Assembly (NCBI GenBank): GCA_021738565.1
Contig: JAIPBT010000020.1
Coordinates: 1,692 to 65,691, forward strand
Origin: Bacteroidales bacterium
GTDB taxonomy: Bacteria; Bacteroidota; Bacteroidia; Bacteroidales; GCA-2748055
Direction: 5' to 3'
DNA: 64,000 nt
Shown: positions 8,761 to 19,289 of the stretch, one piece after another
Position numbering within the stretch: position 1 is the first letter of the stretch
Layout of the letters: each line of letters opens with the position of its first letter
The notes under the pieces: generated by a model
The model's database searches: none
What the model was told of the DNA's origin: nothing
What the model saw: the letters and a program-made list of their open reading frames with translations, nothing else
Translations under genes and position numbers: made by a program

Positions 8761-10038
8761 TTATCCTTCGTATCCTAGTTCGCCTTCAGATTTTGCGACA
8801 ATTGATGCCACGGTGGAGTCGCCTGTTATATTCACCACTGTTCTCAGCATATCGATCGGTCTGTCTACTCCCAGGATAAGGGCCAGTCCCTCAACAGGAA
8901 TACCTACTGAAGTGAGTACAACAATCAGCATAACAATGCTTCCTCCCGGGACACCGGGCGAACCGATTGATGCCATAGTGGCAAGAAGCACGATTGATAA
9001 CTGCTGGCTTATTGAGAGATCCATTCCGAATACCTGGGCAATAAATACTGCTGCCACTGCCTGGTAGCAGGAAGTGCCATCCATATTTATCGTAACACCC
9101 ACCGGTAGTACAAAGTTAGCGATCGATCCGGACACTTTAAATTCATTGATTACCTGTTTCAGGGTTACCGGAAGGGTAGCCGCGCTGGAACTCGTGGAAA
9201 AAGCCACCATCTGAGCAGGAAAAATGCCTCGTAAAAAATCCCTGGGCTTAATTCCTGCAAACAAACGCATTGCCAAAGGATAAAATATTAAGATCAGTAT
9301 AAAAAGCCCTGCACCTGCAGTAATCATATACATCCCAAGTGCACTGAATAGTTCTGCATCTCCGCTAAAATCGACAATTAAGCCGGCCATAAGCGCAAAA
9401 ACCCCCACGGGTGCAAACCTCATGATAATATCAATGATCTTAAGTATCACATCATTAAGTCCGTCAAAAAACACCTTCACTCCTTTTACCTGTTTTTCAG
9501 GTACCATGATCATGGCCACGGCAAAAAGTATCGCAAAAAATATGATTTGCAGCATTTTAGAATTATCACTTGCCGCAAAGAATATATTCTCAGGAATCAT
9601 ATCCTCAAAAAAATACAGGGGAGACTGGTCCTTCACTTCATCTGCAAACAGCTGTTTGGTTGAAATATCTTCCAAAAACCTTTCCCTGTATTCTTCCTGC
9701 CTGTCATCGGGAAATACATTGCCTGGCTGAATCAGGTTAACCAGGCCCAAACCCACTGTAGTAGCTATTATTGTAGTAACAATGTAGATGGAGATGGTTT
9801 TCAGACCGATTTTTGACAGGCGAGAAATGTCAGAAAGACTTGAAATACCTTTTACCAGGGAAACAAATATCAGCGGAACGGCTATAAGTTTCAAGAGTTT
9901 AAGAAATATATTTCCCCATGGTTTTATCCAATCGCTAACAATTTCTTCAAAAGAGAGCCAGACTCCTGCCAAACCCACCAGGATCCCAATTCCCATTCCG
10001 ATGAATATTTTAACCCAAAGTGGTAATTTTCTGAGCAT
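8761..10038 (-). CDS. dicarboxylate/amino acid:cation symporter (DAACS family)
   Basis: 425 aa, multi-TM, with motifs AFSTSSSAATLPV and NMDGT. Confidence 0.85.
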   Translation of the reverse strand: MLRKLPLWVKIFIGMGIGILVGLAGVWLSFEEIVSDWIKPWGNIFLKLLKLIAVPLIFVSLVKGISSLSDISRLSKIGLKTISIYIVTTIIATTVGLGLVNLIQPGNVFPDDRQEEYRERFLEDISTKQLFADEVKDQSPLYFFEDMIPENIFFAASDNSKMLQIIFFAILFAVAMIMVPEKQVKGVKVFFDGLNDVILKIIDIIMRFAPVGVFALMAGLIVDFSGDAELFSALGMYMITAGAGLFILILIFYPLAMRLFAGIKPRDFLRGIFPAQMVAFSTSSSAATLPVTLKQVINEFKVSGSIANFVLPVGVTINMDGTSCYQAVAAVFIAQVFGMDLSISQQLSIVLLATMASIGSPGVPGGSIVMLIVVLTSVGIPVEGLALILGVDRPIDMLRTVVNITGDSTVASIVAKSEGELGYEG

Positions 10039-10084
10039 TATTTTTTCTTTTTACCTGTTTAAATGATATTATTCTTTCAAGTAG

Positions 10085-13069
10085 CTATATATTTAGCGCG
10101 TTGTACAAAATCTCAACCGGGTGCTTCCCTGCCCTGCCTGTTCCATCCAGAACCTGGTGCCTGCAACTGGTACCGGGTATGGCTATTATGGTATCCGGGG
10201 GACTGTTTCTGACTTCAGGAAACAGCACCAGTTCCCCAACCTTCATCGAAAGGTCATAATGTTCTTTTTCATATCCAAAAGATCCGGCCATACCGCAGCA
10301 TCCTGATGGAATTTCGGTAACCATATAATTTTCAGGTATTGAAAGCATTTTTAGTGTATCTGATGTGCTGGCCACAGCTTTTTGCTGACAGTGCCCATGC
10401 AATTTTATCACTGCTATTTCCCTGGTAAACAAATCCGGACCTATTGCCTGGATCTCAAATAAGCTCACAATATACTCTTCTATCATGAAGACATTCTCAG
10501 CCAGCTTTTGCGCATCATTTTTAAGATAAGTTCCGACGATTTCAGGATATTCATCCCTGAAACTCAGTATTGCTGAGGGTTCGGTTCCGATCAATGGTCT
10601 GTCTTCATTCACCACGTCCCTGAAGAGTTTAACATTTTCCCTTGCATGCTTGCGGGCCACCTTCAGAAGACCTTTTGAAAAATAGGACCGGCCACTCTGA
10701 GCGGATTTATAAATATATACCCTGATTCCCAGCTTATTCAGCAACTGAAGTGTGGCAATCCCAATATGCGGATCGGTATAATTTGTAAACTCATCAACAA
10801 AATAGGTTACTTCCCTGGCAGTGGCAGGAAGCTGATCGTTCATTTGTTTCAGGTTTCTTTTTGCCCATTGATGAACTGTGGTCTTTTGTAATTCGGGCAT
10901 TTTGCGCTGATCAGTAAAACCAAGGGCACGCCTGATAATTTTTGGAACTGCCCCGCCATTCATAAATAAATTAAACAATGAAGGGAACAGCGACCCCACC
11001 CTGTTCAGAGAAGTTATATTTCCTATCATCCATGTTCTGATCGGTATGCCGTGCATGTCATACCAATGTTGCAAAAACTCAGCCTTCAGCTTTGCCATGT
11101 CAACACTTGACGGACATTCAGATTTACAAGCTTTGCATGACAGGCAAAGGTCAAGCACGTCGTAAACCTCTCTGTGGTCGTATGGCCCTCTTGTTCCTTT
11201 TTCTTTTAAAAATTCCCTAAGTATATTTGCCCTTGCACGGGTGGTAGTCCGTTCTTCACGTGTTGCCATATAACTGGGACACATGGTACCGCCTGTCTTT
11301 TCGGTTTTTCTGCAATCACCGGAACCGTTACATTGTTCAATATGCCGGATGATGCCACCTTCCCTTGTAAAATCAAAAATTGTTTCCGGATGTGCTGTGC
11401 GCACACCCGGTTCATGCCGCAGGAATGTATTCATTGGTGGGGAATCAATAATCTTTCCCCCATTGAACACGCGGTCTTTGTCCCATGTGTCTTTTATCTC
11501 ACGCATTAGCCGGTAATTCCTTTCACCGACCATCAGGGGAATAAATTCACCGCGGAGTCTTCCGTCACCGTGCTCTCCGCTGAGGGATCCCCTGTATTTC
11601 TTTACCAACCGTGCTGTTTCCTCTGCAATTGTATGAAACAATTCTACATGCTCAGCATCTTTCAGGTTCATGATAGGGCGGAGATGAAGCTCGCCAACTG
11701 AAATGTGTGCATGATATACACAATCCAGATTATATTTTTCAAGGATCTTATTGAAATCTTGAATATAATTTTCTAACATGGAGGGTAATACACTGGTATC
11801 CTCAATAACAGATACCGGTTTTGCATCTCCCTTCATATTTGAAAGTACACCAAGACCTGCCTTTCTCAGGGACCATACTTTTTGAATGTCTTCACCTGTT
11901 ATAAGTGGAAAATGAAATCCAAGTCCGCTCTTTTTGAATTCAATTTCCATGTTCAAAGCCCTTGATCGGATGTCATCCATGTTATCAGACAGGAATTCAA
12001 CGATAAGAACTGCTCCGGGATCTCCTTTCAGAAAAAACCTGTTTTTGCGTTGAGCAATGTTGTCAGAAGTAAGATCGAGAATGGTTTTGTCCATTAACTC
12101 TACTGCAAATGGGCGATGTTTCAATGCTATCAAATTTCCCTTAATAGCATCCATGACAGAATCAAGATGCACCGGTACAAGTACTTTTTCCGGTGGAGGC
12201 AATGGGTCCAGGTGCAATTTGGCCTCTGTGACTATCCCAAGCGTTCCTTCTGATCCGGCGATCAGTCGTGAGAAATTGAATCCTTTATGTCTCGCCTTGT
12301 CTCCCTTGAATACAGGGGAAGAGACAAGTTCGTCCAGTGCATAACCGGTATTGCGCCTGACAACTCCGGAATCGGGAAATTCAGCCTCAATGGATGCAAT
12401 ATTTTCTTCGTTACTCAATACCATATTGATATGCCGGTACAATTCCCCTTCAAAATTCTGAAGTGCACATTTTTCCCTGAATTCCTCCCCTGTTAATTCA
12501 CCAAATTCCGCAATGGATCCGTCCGCGAGAACCATCCTGACAGAAATTATGTGTTCCCTTGTTGAGCCATACACCAGTGATCGAAGGCCACTGCTGTTGT
12601 TTCCGATCATTCCACCGATCATGCATCGGTTGGAAGTTGAAGTTTCCGGACTGAAGAACAGACCGGATGACCTGAGGTCATTGTTCAGTTCATCAAGTAT
12701 CACTCCCGGCTGAACACTCACCCGGCGTTCTTCCTGGTCCAATTGCAACGTTCGGGTCATATACCGTGAAATGTCAACCACCATTCCTCCCCCAACAACC
12801 TGGCCAGCAAGGGATGTGCCTGCTGCCCTGGGGATCAGTGTAACGTTGTTGTTCGCTGAAAATTTCACAAGTTGTATGACATCGGATTCATCAGAAGGGC
12901 GGCAAACTGCAAGCGGTATTTCGCGGTATGCCGATGCATCGGTCGCATACATGAGCCTGGTTGAAAGATCGGTGAAAATGTCACCGTCTATTATGGACTG
13001 CAGGAGGTCCAGTTCTTTCTGAAGAGACTCTCCAATCCCATTGTTTATGAGTTTTGCATCATGTACCAT
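10085..13069 (-). CDS. FAD-binding plus Fe-S/CCG-domain oxidoreductase (YdiJ / GlcD-GlcF fusion type 2-hydroxyacid dehydrogenase)
   Basis: 994 aa with an N-terminal FAD PCMH motif PRAAGTSLAGQ, ferredoxin-type CLSCKACKSECP and C-terminal CCG motifs (PSGCCGMAG). Confidence 0.85.
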   Translation of the reverse strand: MVHDAKLINNGIGESLQKELDLLQSIIDGDIFTDLSTRLMYATDASAYREIPLAVCRPSDESDVIQLVKFSANNNVTLIPRAAGTSLAGQVVGGGMVVDISRYMTRTLQLDQEERRVSVQPGVILDELNNDLRSSGLFFSPETSTSNRCMIGGMIGNNSSGLRSLVYGSTREHIISVRMVLADGSIAEFGELTGEEFREKCALQNFEGELYRHINMVLSNEENIASIEAEFPDSGVVRRNTGYALDELVSSPVFKGDKARHKGFNFSRLIAGSEGTLGIVTEAKLHLDPLPPPEKVLVPVHLDSVMDAIKGNLIALKHRPFAVELMDKTILDLTSDNIAQRKNRFFLKGDPGAVLIVEFLSDNMDDIRSRALNMEIEFKKSGLGFHFPLITGEDIQKVWSLRKAGLGVLSNMKGDAKPVSVIEDTSVLPSMLENYIQDFNKILEKYNLDCVYHAHISVGELHLRPIMNLKDAEHVELFHTIAEETARLVKKYRGSLSGEHGDGRLRGEFIPLMVGERNYRLMREIKDTWDKDRVFNGGKIIDSPPMNTFLRHEPGVRTAHPETIFDFTREGGIIRHIEQCNGSGDCRKTEKTGGTMCPSYMATREERTTTRARANILREFLKEKGTRGPYDHREVYDVLDLCLSCKACKSECPSSVDMAKLKAEFLQHWYDMHGIPIRTWMIGNITSLNRVGSLFPSLFNLFMNGGAVPKIIRRALGFTDQRKMPELQKTTVHQWAKRNLKQMNDQLPATAREVTYFVDEFTNYTDPHIGIATLQLLNKLGIRVYIYKSAQSGRSYFSKGLLKVARKHARENVKLFRDVVNEDRPLIGTEPSAILSFRDEYPEIVGTYLKNDAQKLAENVFMIEEYIVSLFEIQAIGPDLFTREIAVIKLHGHCQQKAVASTSDTLKMLSIPENYMVTEIPSGCCGMAGSFGYEKEHYDLSMKVGELVLFPEVRNSPPDTIIAIPGTSCRHQVLDGTGRAGKHPVEILYNALNI

Positions 13070-13182
13070 CGCCCATTTGACAATCTTAGATTTTTGATGA
13101 AGAACAAAGATAACAGAAATTGAAAAAGTACAATTAACAGAAATTTCAATGAAGTTGCCTTTTTAATGGATACAAATCTTAA

Positions 13183-13234
13183 CCCGAATTATACATTATT
13201 CTTTCGTAACAGATCAATTCGTGAATATTTCAGG
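13183..13234. mobile_element. Family-2 MITE-like element, minimal 52-bp copy F
   Basis: Ends CCCGAATTATACAT ... CGTGAATATTTCAGG are inverted repeats, and TTAA flanks both sides. The right 30 nt are nearly identical to 52706-52737. Confidence 0.55.
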
Positions 13235-13339
13235 TTAAAAACTTATATGATGTAAATCATATTTATTCCTTATGTTACTTAAATAAAAATACCTAATTTT
13301 AGTTTTTCAATTTCATTTAATTTAAATATCTGATATTCA

Positions 13340-14350
13340 ATGGATTTATTAAAATCAATTCGTACAAAGGCCAGTCAGGATTGTCAGAGGATCGTGCTTC
13401 CTGAAGGTGATGAAGAAAGAACCATACTGGCAGCACACCAGGTAATAAGCGAAAAACTTGCTCACGTGATCCTCCTGGGCGATCCGAAAAAAATTGGATT
13501 CCTGGTCGAAAAATACGGCTTGCACGATATTAGCAAAGCACAGGTCATTGACCCCAATGATCATAAAAAGAAAAAAGAGTATGCCGATCTGCTTCTTGAG
13601 ATCAGGAAATCCAAGGGTATGACCAGGGAGAATGCCATGAAACTTGTAACAGATCCCCTCTATCTGGGCACATTGATGATAAAAGCCGGTGATGCTGATG
13701 GTGAAGTTGCCGGAGCAAGGAACGCCACAATCGATGTTTTACGGCCTGCTTTTCAAGTTGTAAAAACGATGCCAGGTATAAGCGTTGTGTCCGGTGCATT
13801 TATTATGATATTGAAGGACAAGGAATTCGGAGAAGATGGTATTCTTGTTTTTTCTGATGGAGCAGTTCACCCTGACCCCACGGAAAATGAGCTTGCAGAA
13901 ATTGCGGTTGCTACAGCAAAAACAGTAAGGCATATTCTGGGATTTGAGCCGAGGATTGCAATGTGCAGTTTCTCCACGAAAGGCAGCGCAAAACATCCCC
14001 TTGTTGATAAAGTGGTCAATGCCACAAAACTGGCAAAGGAAATTGATCCGAGTCTTATTATAGATGGTGAACTTCAGATTGATGCTGCCCTGATCAAGGA
14101 GATCGGAGAAAGCAAAGCCCCGGGAAGTCCGATTGCAGGCATTGCCAATGTTTTGATCTTTCCTGACTTAAATTCCGGTAATATCGGATACAAACTGGTT
14201 CAGCGATTGGCGCATGCCGAAGCAATAGGACCTGTTCTTCAGGGAATGGCCGCTCCTATAAATGACCTTTCAAGGGGTTGTTCGGTCAGTGACATTGTAA
14301 ATCTGGTAGCAATAACAGCCAACCAGGCCATTGGTATGAAAAACAATTAA
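13340..14350 (+). CDS. pta: phosphate acetyltransferase
   Basis: 336-aa PTA_PTB domain with motifs SFSTKGS, DGELQIDAAL and NVLIFPDLNSGNIGYK. Confidence 0.9.
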   Translation: MDLLKSIRTKASQDCQRIVLPEGDEERTILAAHQVISEKLAHVILLGDPKKIGFLVEKYGLHDISKAQVIDPNDHKKKKEYADLLLEIRKSKGMTRENAMKLVTDPLYLGTLMIKAGDADGEVAGARNATIDVLRPAFQVVKTMPGISVVSGAFIMILKDKEFGEDGILVFSDGAVHPDPTENELAEIAVATAKTVRHILGFEPRIAMCSFSTKGSAKHPLVDKVVNATKLAKEIDPSLIIDGELQIDAALIKEIGESKAPGSPIAGIANVLIFPDLNSGNIGYKLVQRLAHAEAIGPVLQGMAAPINDLSRGCSVSDIVNLVAITANQAIGMKNN

Positions 14351-14365
14351 ATAGCATAATTCAAA

Positions 14366-15574
14366 ATGATAATACTCGTCTTAAACTGCGGATCTTCCTC
14401 TGTAAAATACCAGTTATTTGAGATAAATGAAGAGACCGCAGTATTAGCCAAAGGAATTGTTGAAAAGGTTGGTTTTAATGATGCCATTATTATACACAAA
14501 CCTGCAGACAAAGAAAAACATACCGAAGAAACTGCAATACCCGACCATACAATTGCAATTAACAAAGTTTTTCAGCTTCTTACCCATAAGGATTACGGTG
14601 TAATCAGCGATGTGAAGAAAATTGCTGCTGTAGGACACAGGGTTGTGCAGGGTGGTGAAGCCTACAAGGAAAGCGTTCTGATCACCAAGGATATTATCAG
14701 GGACATTGAAAAGAATATTGACCTTGCCCCTTTGCATAATCCTGCCAATCTAAAAGGTATATTATCGGTCGATAACCTGCTTCCAGGGGTTCCTCAGGTG
14801 GCAGTTTTTGATACATCTTTTCACCAGACAATGCCGCCACATGCATATATGTACGCAATCCCGCGTGAATTTTATACAAAATACAAGATACGTAAATACG
14901 GTTACCACGGAACAAGTCATAAATACGTATCACGTCAGGCAAGCAAAGTCATAGGAAAAGATACACGGGAATTGAAGATGGTTACATGTCATCTTGGCAA
15001 CGGAGCATCCATTGCGGCAGTTGAATATGGAAAATCCATTGATACTTCAATGGGATTCACACCTGTTGACGGACTTATCATGGGAACAAGGACCGGTGAC
15101 ATTGATCCGGGTGTATTATTGTATCTTGCGGATAAAGAACATCTCAGTTTGAAAGGGATCAGCAATATCATCAATAAGAACAGCGGAATGAAGGGTATTT
15201 CAGGAATTTCAAGTGACATGCGGGACCTGGAACTGGCCTATTATGAGGGCAATGAAAAGGCGGCCCTTGCGCTTACAATGTATGCCTATAGGGTTAAAAA
15301 ATTTATCGGCGCCTATGCAGCGATAATGAACGGCCTGGATGCATTGATCTTCACGGGAGGCGTGGGTGAGAATGATTTCAACATCCGCAGGATGATCTGT
15401 CAGAATATGGAATACCTGGGAATCATGTTCGATGAAGTTGCCAACCATGGAATCAAGGGACAGGACCGAATCATTTCAAAACCGGATTCAAAAGTGACTG
15501 CTGCCGTTGTAAAGACAAATGAAGAGCTGCTTATAGCATCGGATTCATATAAGATTGTTGAAAAATGTGTTTAA
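14366..15574 (+). CDS. ackA: acetate kinase
   Basis: Motifs ILVLNCGSSSVKYQLF, YGYHGTSH and TGGVGEN. Confidence 0.95.
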   Translation: MIILVLNCGSSSVKYQLFEINEETAVLAKGIVEKVGFNDAIIIHKPADKEKHTEETAIPDHTIAINKVFQLLTHKDYGVISDVKKIAAVGHRVVQGGEAYKESVLITKDIIRDIEKNIDLAPLHNPANLKGILSVDNLLPGVPQVAVFDTSFHQTMPPHAYMYAIPREFYTKYKIRKYGYHGTSHKYVSRQASKVIGKDTRELKMVTCHLGNGASIAAVEYGKSIDTSMGFTPVDGLIMGTRTGDIDPGVLLYLADKEHLSLKGISNIINKNSGMKGISGISSDMRDLELAYYEGNEKAALALTMYAYRVKKFIGAYAAIMNGLDALIFTGGVGENDFNIRRMICQNMEYLGIMFDEVANHGIKGQDRIISKPDSKVTAAVVKTNEELLIASDSYKIVEKCV

Positions 15575-15643
15575 TATCATGGCACAGATGTAGCAGATGA
15601 AGGTAGCTTTTCTGTTTATTTGACCTATTAATACAGTACGACC

Positions 15644-16546
15644 ATGTTAAAGAAACTGGATGAACTCAGGCAGTTTTTACCCAAGACCGCCAAACCCATC
15701 AGATTGGTGTTAGCCGCTTCCCATGATGCACATTCCATAGGTGCAGTTGTCAGGGCAGCAGAGGAAGGAGTGATAGAGCCCCTGTTTGTTGGTGACAAGG
15801 AAAAAACAGTAGGACTCGCCGATGTGATGCAACTGAGCCTTAAGAAATTTCAGTTTATAGATGAGCAAGACGCTGAACAGGCTGTTATAAAAGCTGTAAA
15901 ATTAATTCATGAAAAAAAGGCCGAAGTGCTTATGAAGGGTAAGATCGGTACTTCTATTATGTTGAAAGCAGTCCTTAATAAGGAATACGGATTGAGAACC
16001 GGAAAACTGCTCTCGCATTTTGCCTTGTTTGAGGTAGAAACGTATCACAAACTTATCGGTGTAACTGATGTGGCTATGAACATTGCGCCTAATCTCGATG
16101 AAAAGATCGCCATACTGAATAATGCCGTCGGTATATTCAATAAGCTCAATATCCAGGAACCTAAAGTTGCAGTACTCGGCGCGGTCGAACAGGTAAATAC
16201 CAGCATGAATGCAACACTTGATGCAGCACTTTTATCGAAAATGAACCAGCGTGGACAGATCCGTAATTGTCTCATTGACGGTCCCCTTGCTTTCGATAAT
16301 GCAATCAGTGCAGAAAGTGCAAGACACAAGGAAATAAAAAGTGAAGTCGCCGGTGATACGGATCTTTTACTCATGCCGGATATTGAAGTTGGCAATGTGC
16401 TTTATAAATCATTGGTTTTCTTTGCAAAAGCCAAAGTTGCATCGATGATCGTCGGAGCTACAGTACCCATAGTATTGACTTCCCGGTCCGACTCAGAACA
16501 GGCCAAATTTGATTCAATACTGCTTGCTGCCGCCAGCGCCAGTTAA
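15644..16546 (+). CDS. ptb: phosphate butyryltransferase
   Basis: 300-aa PTA_PTB family protein directly upstream of butyrate kinase. Confidence 0.8.
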   Translation: MLKKLDELRQFLPKTAKPIRLVLAASHDAHSIGAVVRAAEEGVIEPLFVGDKEKTVGLADVMQLSLKKFQFIDEQDAEQAVIKAVKLIHEKKAEVLMKGKIGTSIMLKAVLNKEYGLRTGKLLSHFALFEVETYHKLIGVTDVAMNIAPNLDEKIAILNNAVGIFNKLNIQEPKVAVLGAVEQVNTSMNATLDAALLSKMNQRGQIRNCLIDGPLAFDNAISAESARHKEIKSEVAGDTDLLLMPDIEVGNVLYKSLVFFAKAKVASMIVGATVPIVLTSRSDSEQAKFDSILLAAASAS

Positions 16547-16651
16547 TAATCACATAAAGAGAATTCAATTACTGATCGAATAATGTATATTTATAATTTA
16601 ATATTATTATTTTGCTCTTAATTTATTATTTTTAATATTATTGTAATTATA

Positions 16652-17767
16652 ATGGAAATAAGTTATATATTGGTCATTAATCCTGGTTCAACTTCCACCA
16701 AAATTGCGGTATACAGGGGCAACAATTCTGTATTTCTGAAGACCATTCGTCATGAAGCGAGTGAATTGGCAAAATTTCAGGAAATAACAGACCAGTTTGA
16801 ATTCAGGAAAGAATTAATTCTCAAAGAGGTCCTGGAAAATCATATTCCGCTGGATGAAATACGCATTGTCATTGGAAGGGGCGGTCTGATCAAACCCATC
16901 GTATCAGGTGTCTACGAAGTAAATGAAGAGATGATAAATGACTTGAGAAAAGGGACACTGGGCAAACACGCGAGCAACTTGGGAGGATTGATTGCTGCTG
17001 ACCTCTGCAAAGAACTTTCCGGGGCCAAACCATATATTGCCGATCCGGTAGTCGTGGATGAATTGAATGATGTGGCCAGGATTACCGGACACCCTGAAAT
17101 CAGACGCATATCCATTTTTCATGCCCTGAACCAGAAAGCCACTGCAAGAACCTATGCCCAATCGTGCGGAATGAGTTACGATGATCTGAACCTGATCATT
17201 GCGCATCTTGGTGGAGGAATCTCTGTTGGGGCTCATAAGAAAGGAAGGGTAATCGATGTCAACAATGCCCTTGACGGTGACGGTCCTTTCAGTCCTGAGC
17301 GCTCAGGCTCCCTGCCTGTTGGTGCGCTGGTGGATTATTGTTACAACAACAAGGTGACACACGACCAAATCAAGTCAATGATTAACGGGAAAGGCGGTTT
17401 AACTGCGTATACAGGATCCAATGACGCACATAAACTCGAAATAAACGCCCGCAGAGGCGATAAGAAGGCAAAACTGCTCCAGAAGGCAATGGGGTACCAG
17501 ATAAGCAAAGAAATTGGTGCTATGGCCGCGGTTCTCGCCGGTGAAGTCCATGCAATAATCCTTACAGGGGGTATTGCACACAATCCTGATCTTACAGGAT
17601 ACATAAAAGAACACATTGCATACATTGCACCTGTTTTTATATATCCCGGGGAAGACGAAATGCGGGCACTTGCCATGAATGGACTCCTGCTGCTTAAGGA
17701 TTCGGTACAGGCAAAAAAATACAACAGGGATAATTTCGTTGAAGGATTTTCCCTGGATAATTTGTAA
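16652..17767 (+). CDS. buk: butyrate kinase
   Basis: Motifs ILVINPGSTSTKIAVY, IAHLGGGISVGAH and LTGGIAHN. Confidence 0.9.
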   Translation: MEISYILVINPGSTSTKIAVYRGNNSVFLKTIRHEASELAKFQEITDQFEFRKELILKEVLENHIPLDEIRIVIGRGGLIKPIVSGVYEVNEEMINDLRKGTLGKHASNLGGLIAADLCKELSGAKPYIADPVVVDELNDVARITGHPEIRRISIFHALNQKATARTYAQSCGMSYDDLNLIIAHLGGGISVGAHKKGRVIDVNNALDGDGPFSPERSGSLPVGALVDYCYNNKVTHDQIKSMINGKGGLTAYTGSNDAHKLEINARRGDKKAKLLQKAMGYQISKEIGAMAAVLAGEVHAIILTGGIAHNPDLTGYIKEHIAYIAPVFIYPGEDEMRALAMNGLLLLKDSVQAKKYNRDNFVEGFSLDNL

Positions 17768-18478
17768 TCAGGGAGTGCTGTTTGAGACCTGCAGGACCTT
17801 GCCATTGAACCTTCTTCCACCTTCCAGCACAAACCATTTAATAAATGCTGCCATTTCGCGGGGAGATGTTCCCGCAGTATATCCGGGAAAGGCTGCTTCA
17901 AACATCTCCGTCTGGACGGCTCCTATTGCCAGCGCATTTACCCGTATGTTCATTTCTTTGAGTTCTTCAGCAAGACATTCGGTTAAAGTAATCAAAGCCC
18001 CTTTGCTTGCGCTGTAAGCCGAGAGTCCTGCAAATTTTGAAGAACCCTGGACCGCTCCCATGGTAGCGATGTTAACTATAGAAGCCTGGGCTGATTGCTG
18101 CATGAATGGTATGCATAACCTTATCAGCGCTGAAGGTCCAAAATAGTTAACACCAAATATTTCAAGTTCCTGCTCACTGGTGATCTCCTGGAAATCCTTG
18201 CGGATCAGTTTGCCGGCATTGTTAACAATAACATCAAGCTTACTGGTTATTCCAGACAATTTTGCTTTAAAACCATCTGTGTCCTTCAATAATTCATTCA
18301 GGTCATAAGGCAACGGATGAACGATTGCTTCTCCGGCCTTTTCATTACAACTGTCGCATATTCTCATAATCCGGTCTCTATTCCTGGAGACCAATATAAG
18401 CCTGTGTCGCTGATCAGCAAGCTGGTATGCAAGCTCTTCACCTATTCCCCTGCTGGCACCTGTAATTAATATATGCAT
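17768..18478 (-). CDS. SDR family oxidoreductase
   Basis: Motifs ITGASRGIG, NNAG and YSASK. I place the start at the internal Met (MHILITG) rather than the ORF-track start at 18565. Confidence 0.85.
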   Translation of the reverse strand: MHILITGASRGIGEELAYQLADQRHRLILVSRNRDRIMRICDSCNEKAGEAIVHPLPYDLNELLKDTDGFKAKLSGITSKLDVIVNNAGKLIRKDFQEITSEQELEIFGVNYFGPSALIRLCIPFMQQSAQASIVNIATMGAVQGSSKFAGLSAYSASKGALITLTECLAEELKEMNIRVNALAIGAVQTEMFEAAFPGYTAGTSPREMAAFIKWFVLEGGRRFNGKVLQVSNSTP

Positions 18479-18573
18479 CAAAGTATCATGTATAATCCGG
18501 TCAAAAGTAAAGAGTTTTTGGTACAATGAAAGTCCTATTTGCTTATTATTGCATATCTCAAGCAATCTTAATC

Positions 18574-19170
18574 ATGAGAAAATCTTTATTGCTCATGCTG
18601 CTGATTTTCATGGTAAACGGACTTTGCAGTGCCCAGCATCGCTCTGAAATTGAATCCATTACACCCAATGAAAAAAGGAACGGACGGTTCTTCATCGTCC
18701 CTGAAACCGGCTTCTGGTTTGGAAGTTACACAAATATTGAAATTGCACCCCAAATTGGCTACTACATATTTGATCGCTGGTCTCTGGGCCTCGGTCCGCA
18801 TTATGTTTTTTATAAGAACAACGGATACTTGAGCCCTGACATATATACAACGCACATATGGGGAATAAAAACGTTTACAAGGTTCTCATTGATCAGGGAC
18901 GCATCGGAAATCCTGCCTGTATATTTATTTGATGAACTTTTTGCGCATATTGAATATGAAAAAATGAATATTGAAACAAAATATTTCAATATTCCCGGCA
19001 CTCTTCCAGAAAGGTTATGGGTAGATTACTTCTACATTGGAGCAGGATTCAACCAGCAAATAACGGCCGGCGCCTCCTATTTTCTGATGATCCTGTGGAA
19101 TCTGAATAACTCCATTTACTCACTTTACAGAAATCCGACCTACCGGGTCGGGGTGAATATATCATTTTGA
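18574..19170 (+). CDS. hypothetical outer-membrane beta-barrel-like protein
   Basis: Signal peptide MRKSLLLMLLIFMVNGLCSAQ (start moved to the second Met), Tyr/Phe-rich alternating pattern and a C-terminal Phe. Confidence 0.45.
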   Translation: MRKSLLLMLLIFMVNGLCSAQHRSEIESITPNEKRNGRFFIVPETGFWFGSYTNIEIAPQIGYYIFDRWSLGLGPHYVFYKNNGYLSPDIYTTHIWGIKTFTRFSLIRDASEILPVYLFDELFAHIEYEKMNIETKYFNIPGTLPERLWVDYFYIGAGFNQQITAGASYFLMILWNLNNSIYSLYRNPTYRVGVNISF

Positions 19171-19289
19171 TGGCGCTTCCAAAAAGGTCATTGCATGGGA
19201 TTAATGATAAAATATTGTTAATAATCCAAAGAGGTTGGCTCACTGGTTTAAAGTCTCGGATATATTTACTTTCTTTGTTTGAAATTTAA

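Noticed and set aside
17341-17901. Long antisense or overlapping ORFs in the track, for example 17341-17901(-), 22460-22996(-), 61032-61442(+), 61467-61898(+), 43336-43773(+) and 12057-12344(+).
   Set aside because: Each lies entirely opposite a confidently identified gene (buk, PiT, pepD, hisD, FAD/Fe-S oxidoreductase). Their translations are low-complexity, rich in Ser, Pro and Ile, with no motif. They are typical shadow ORFs.
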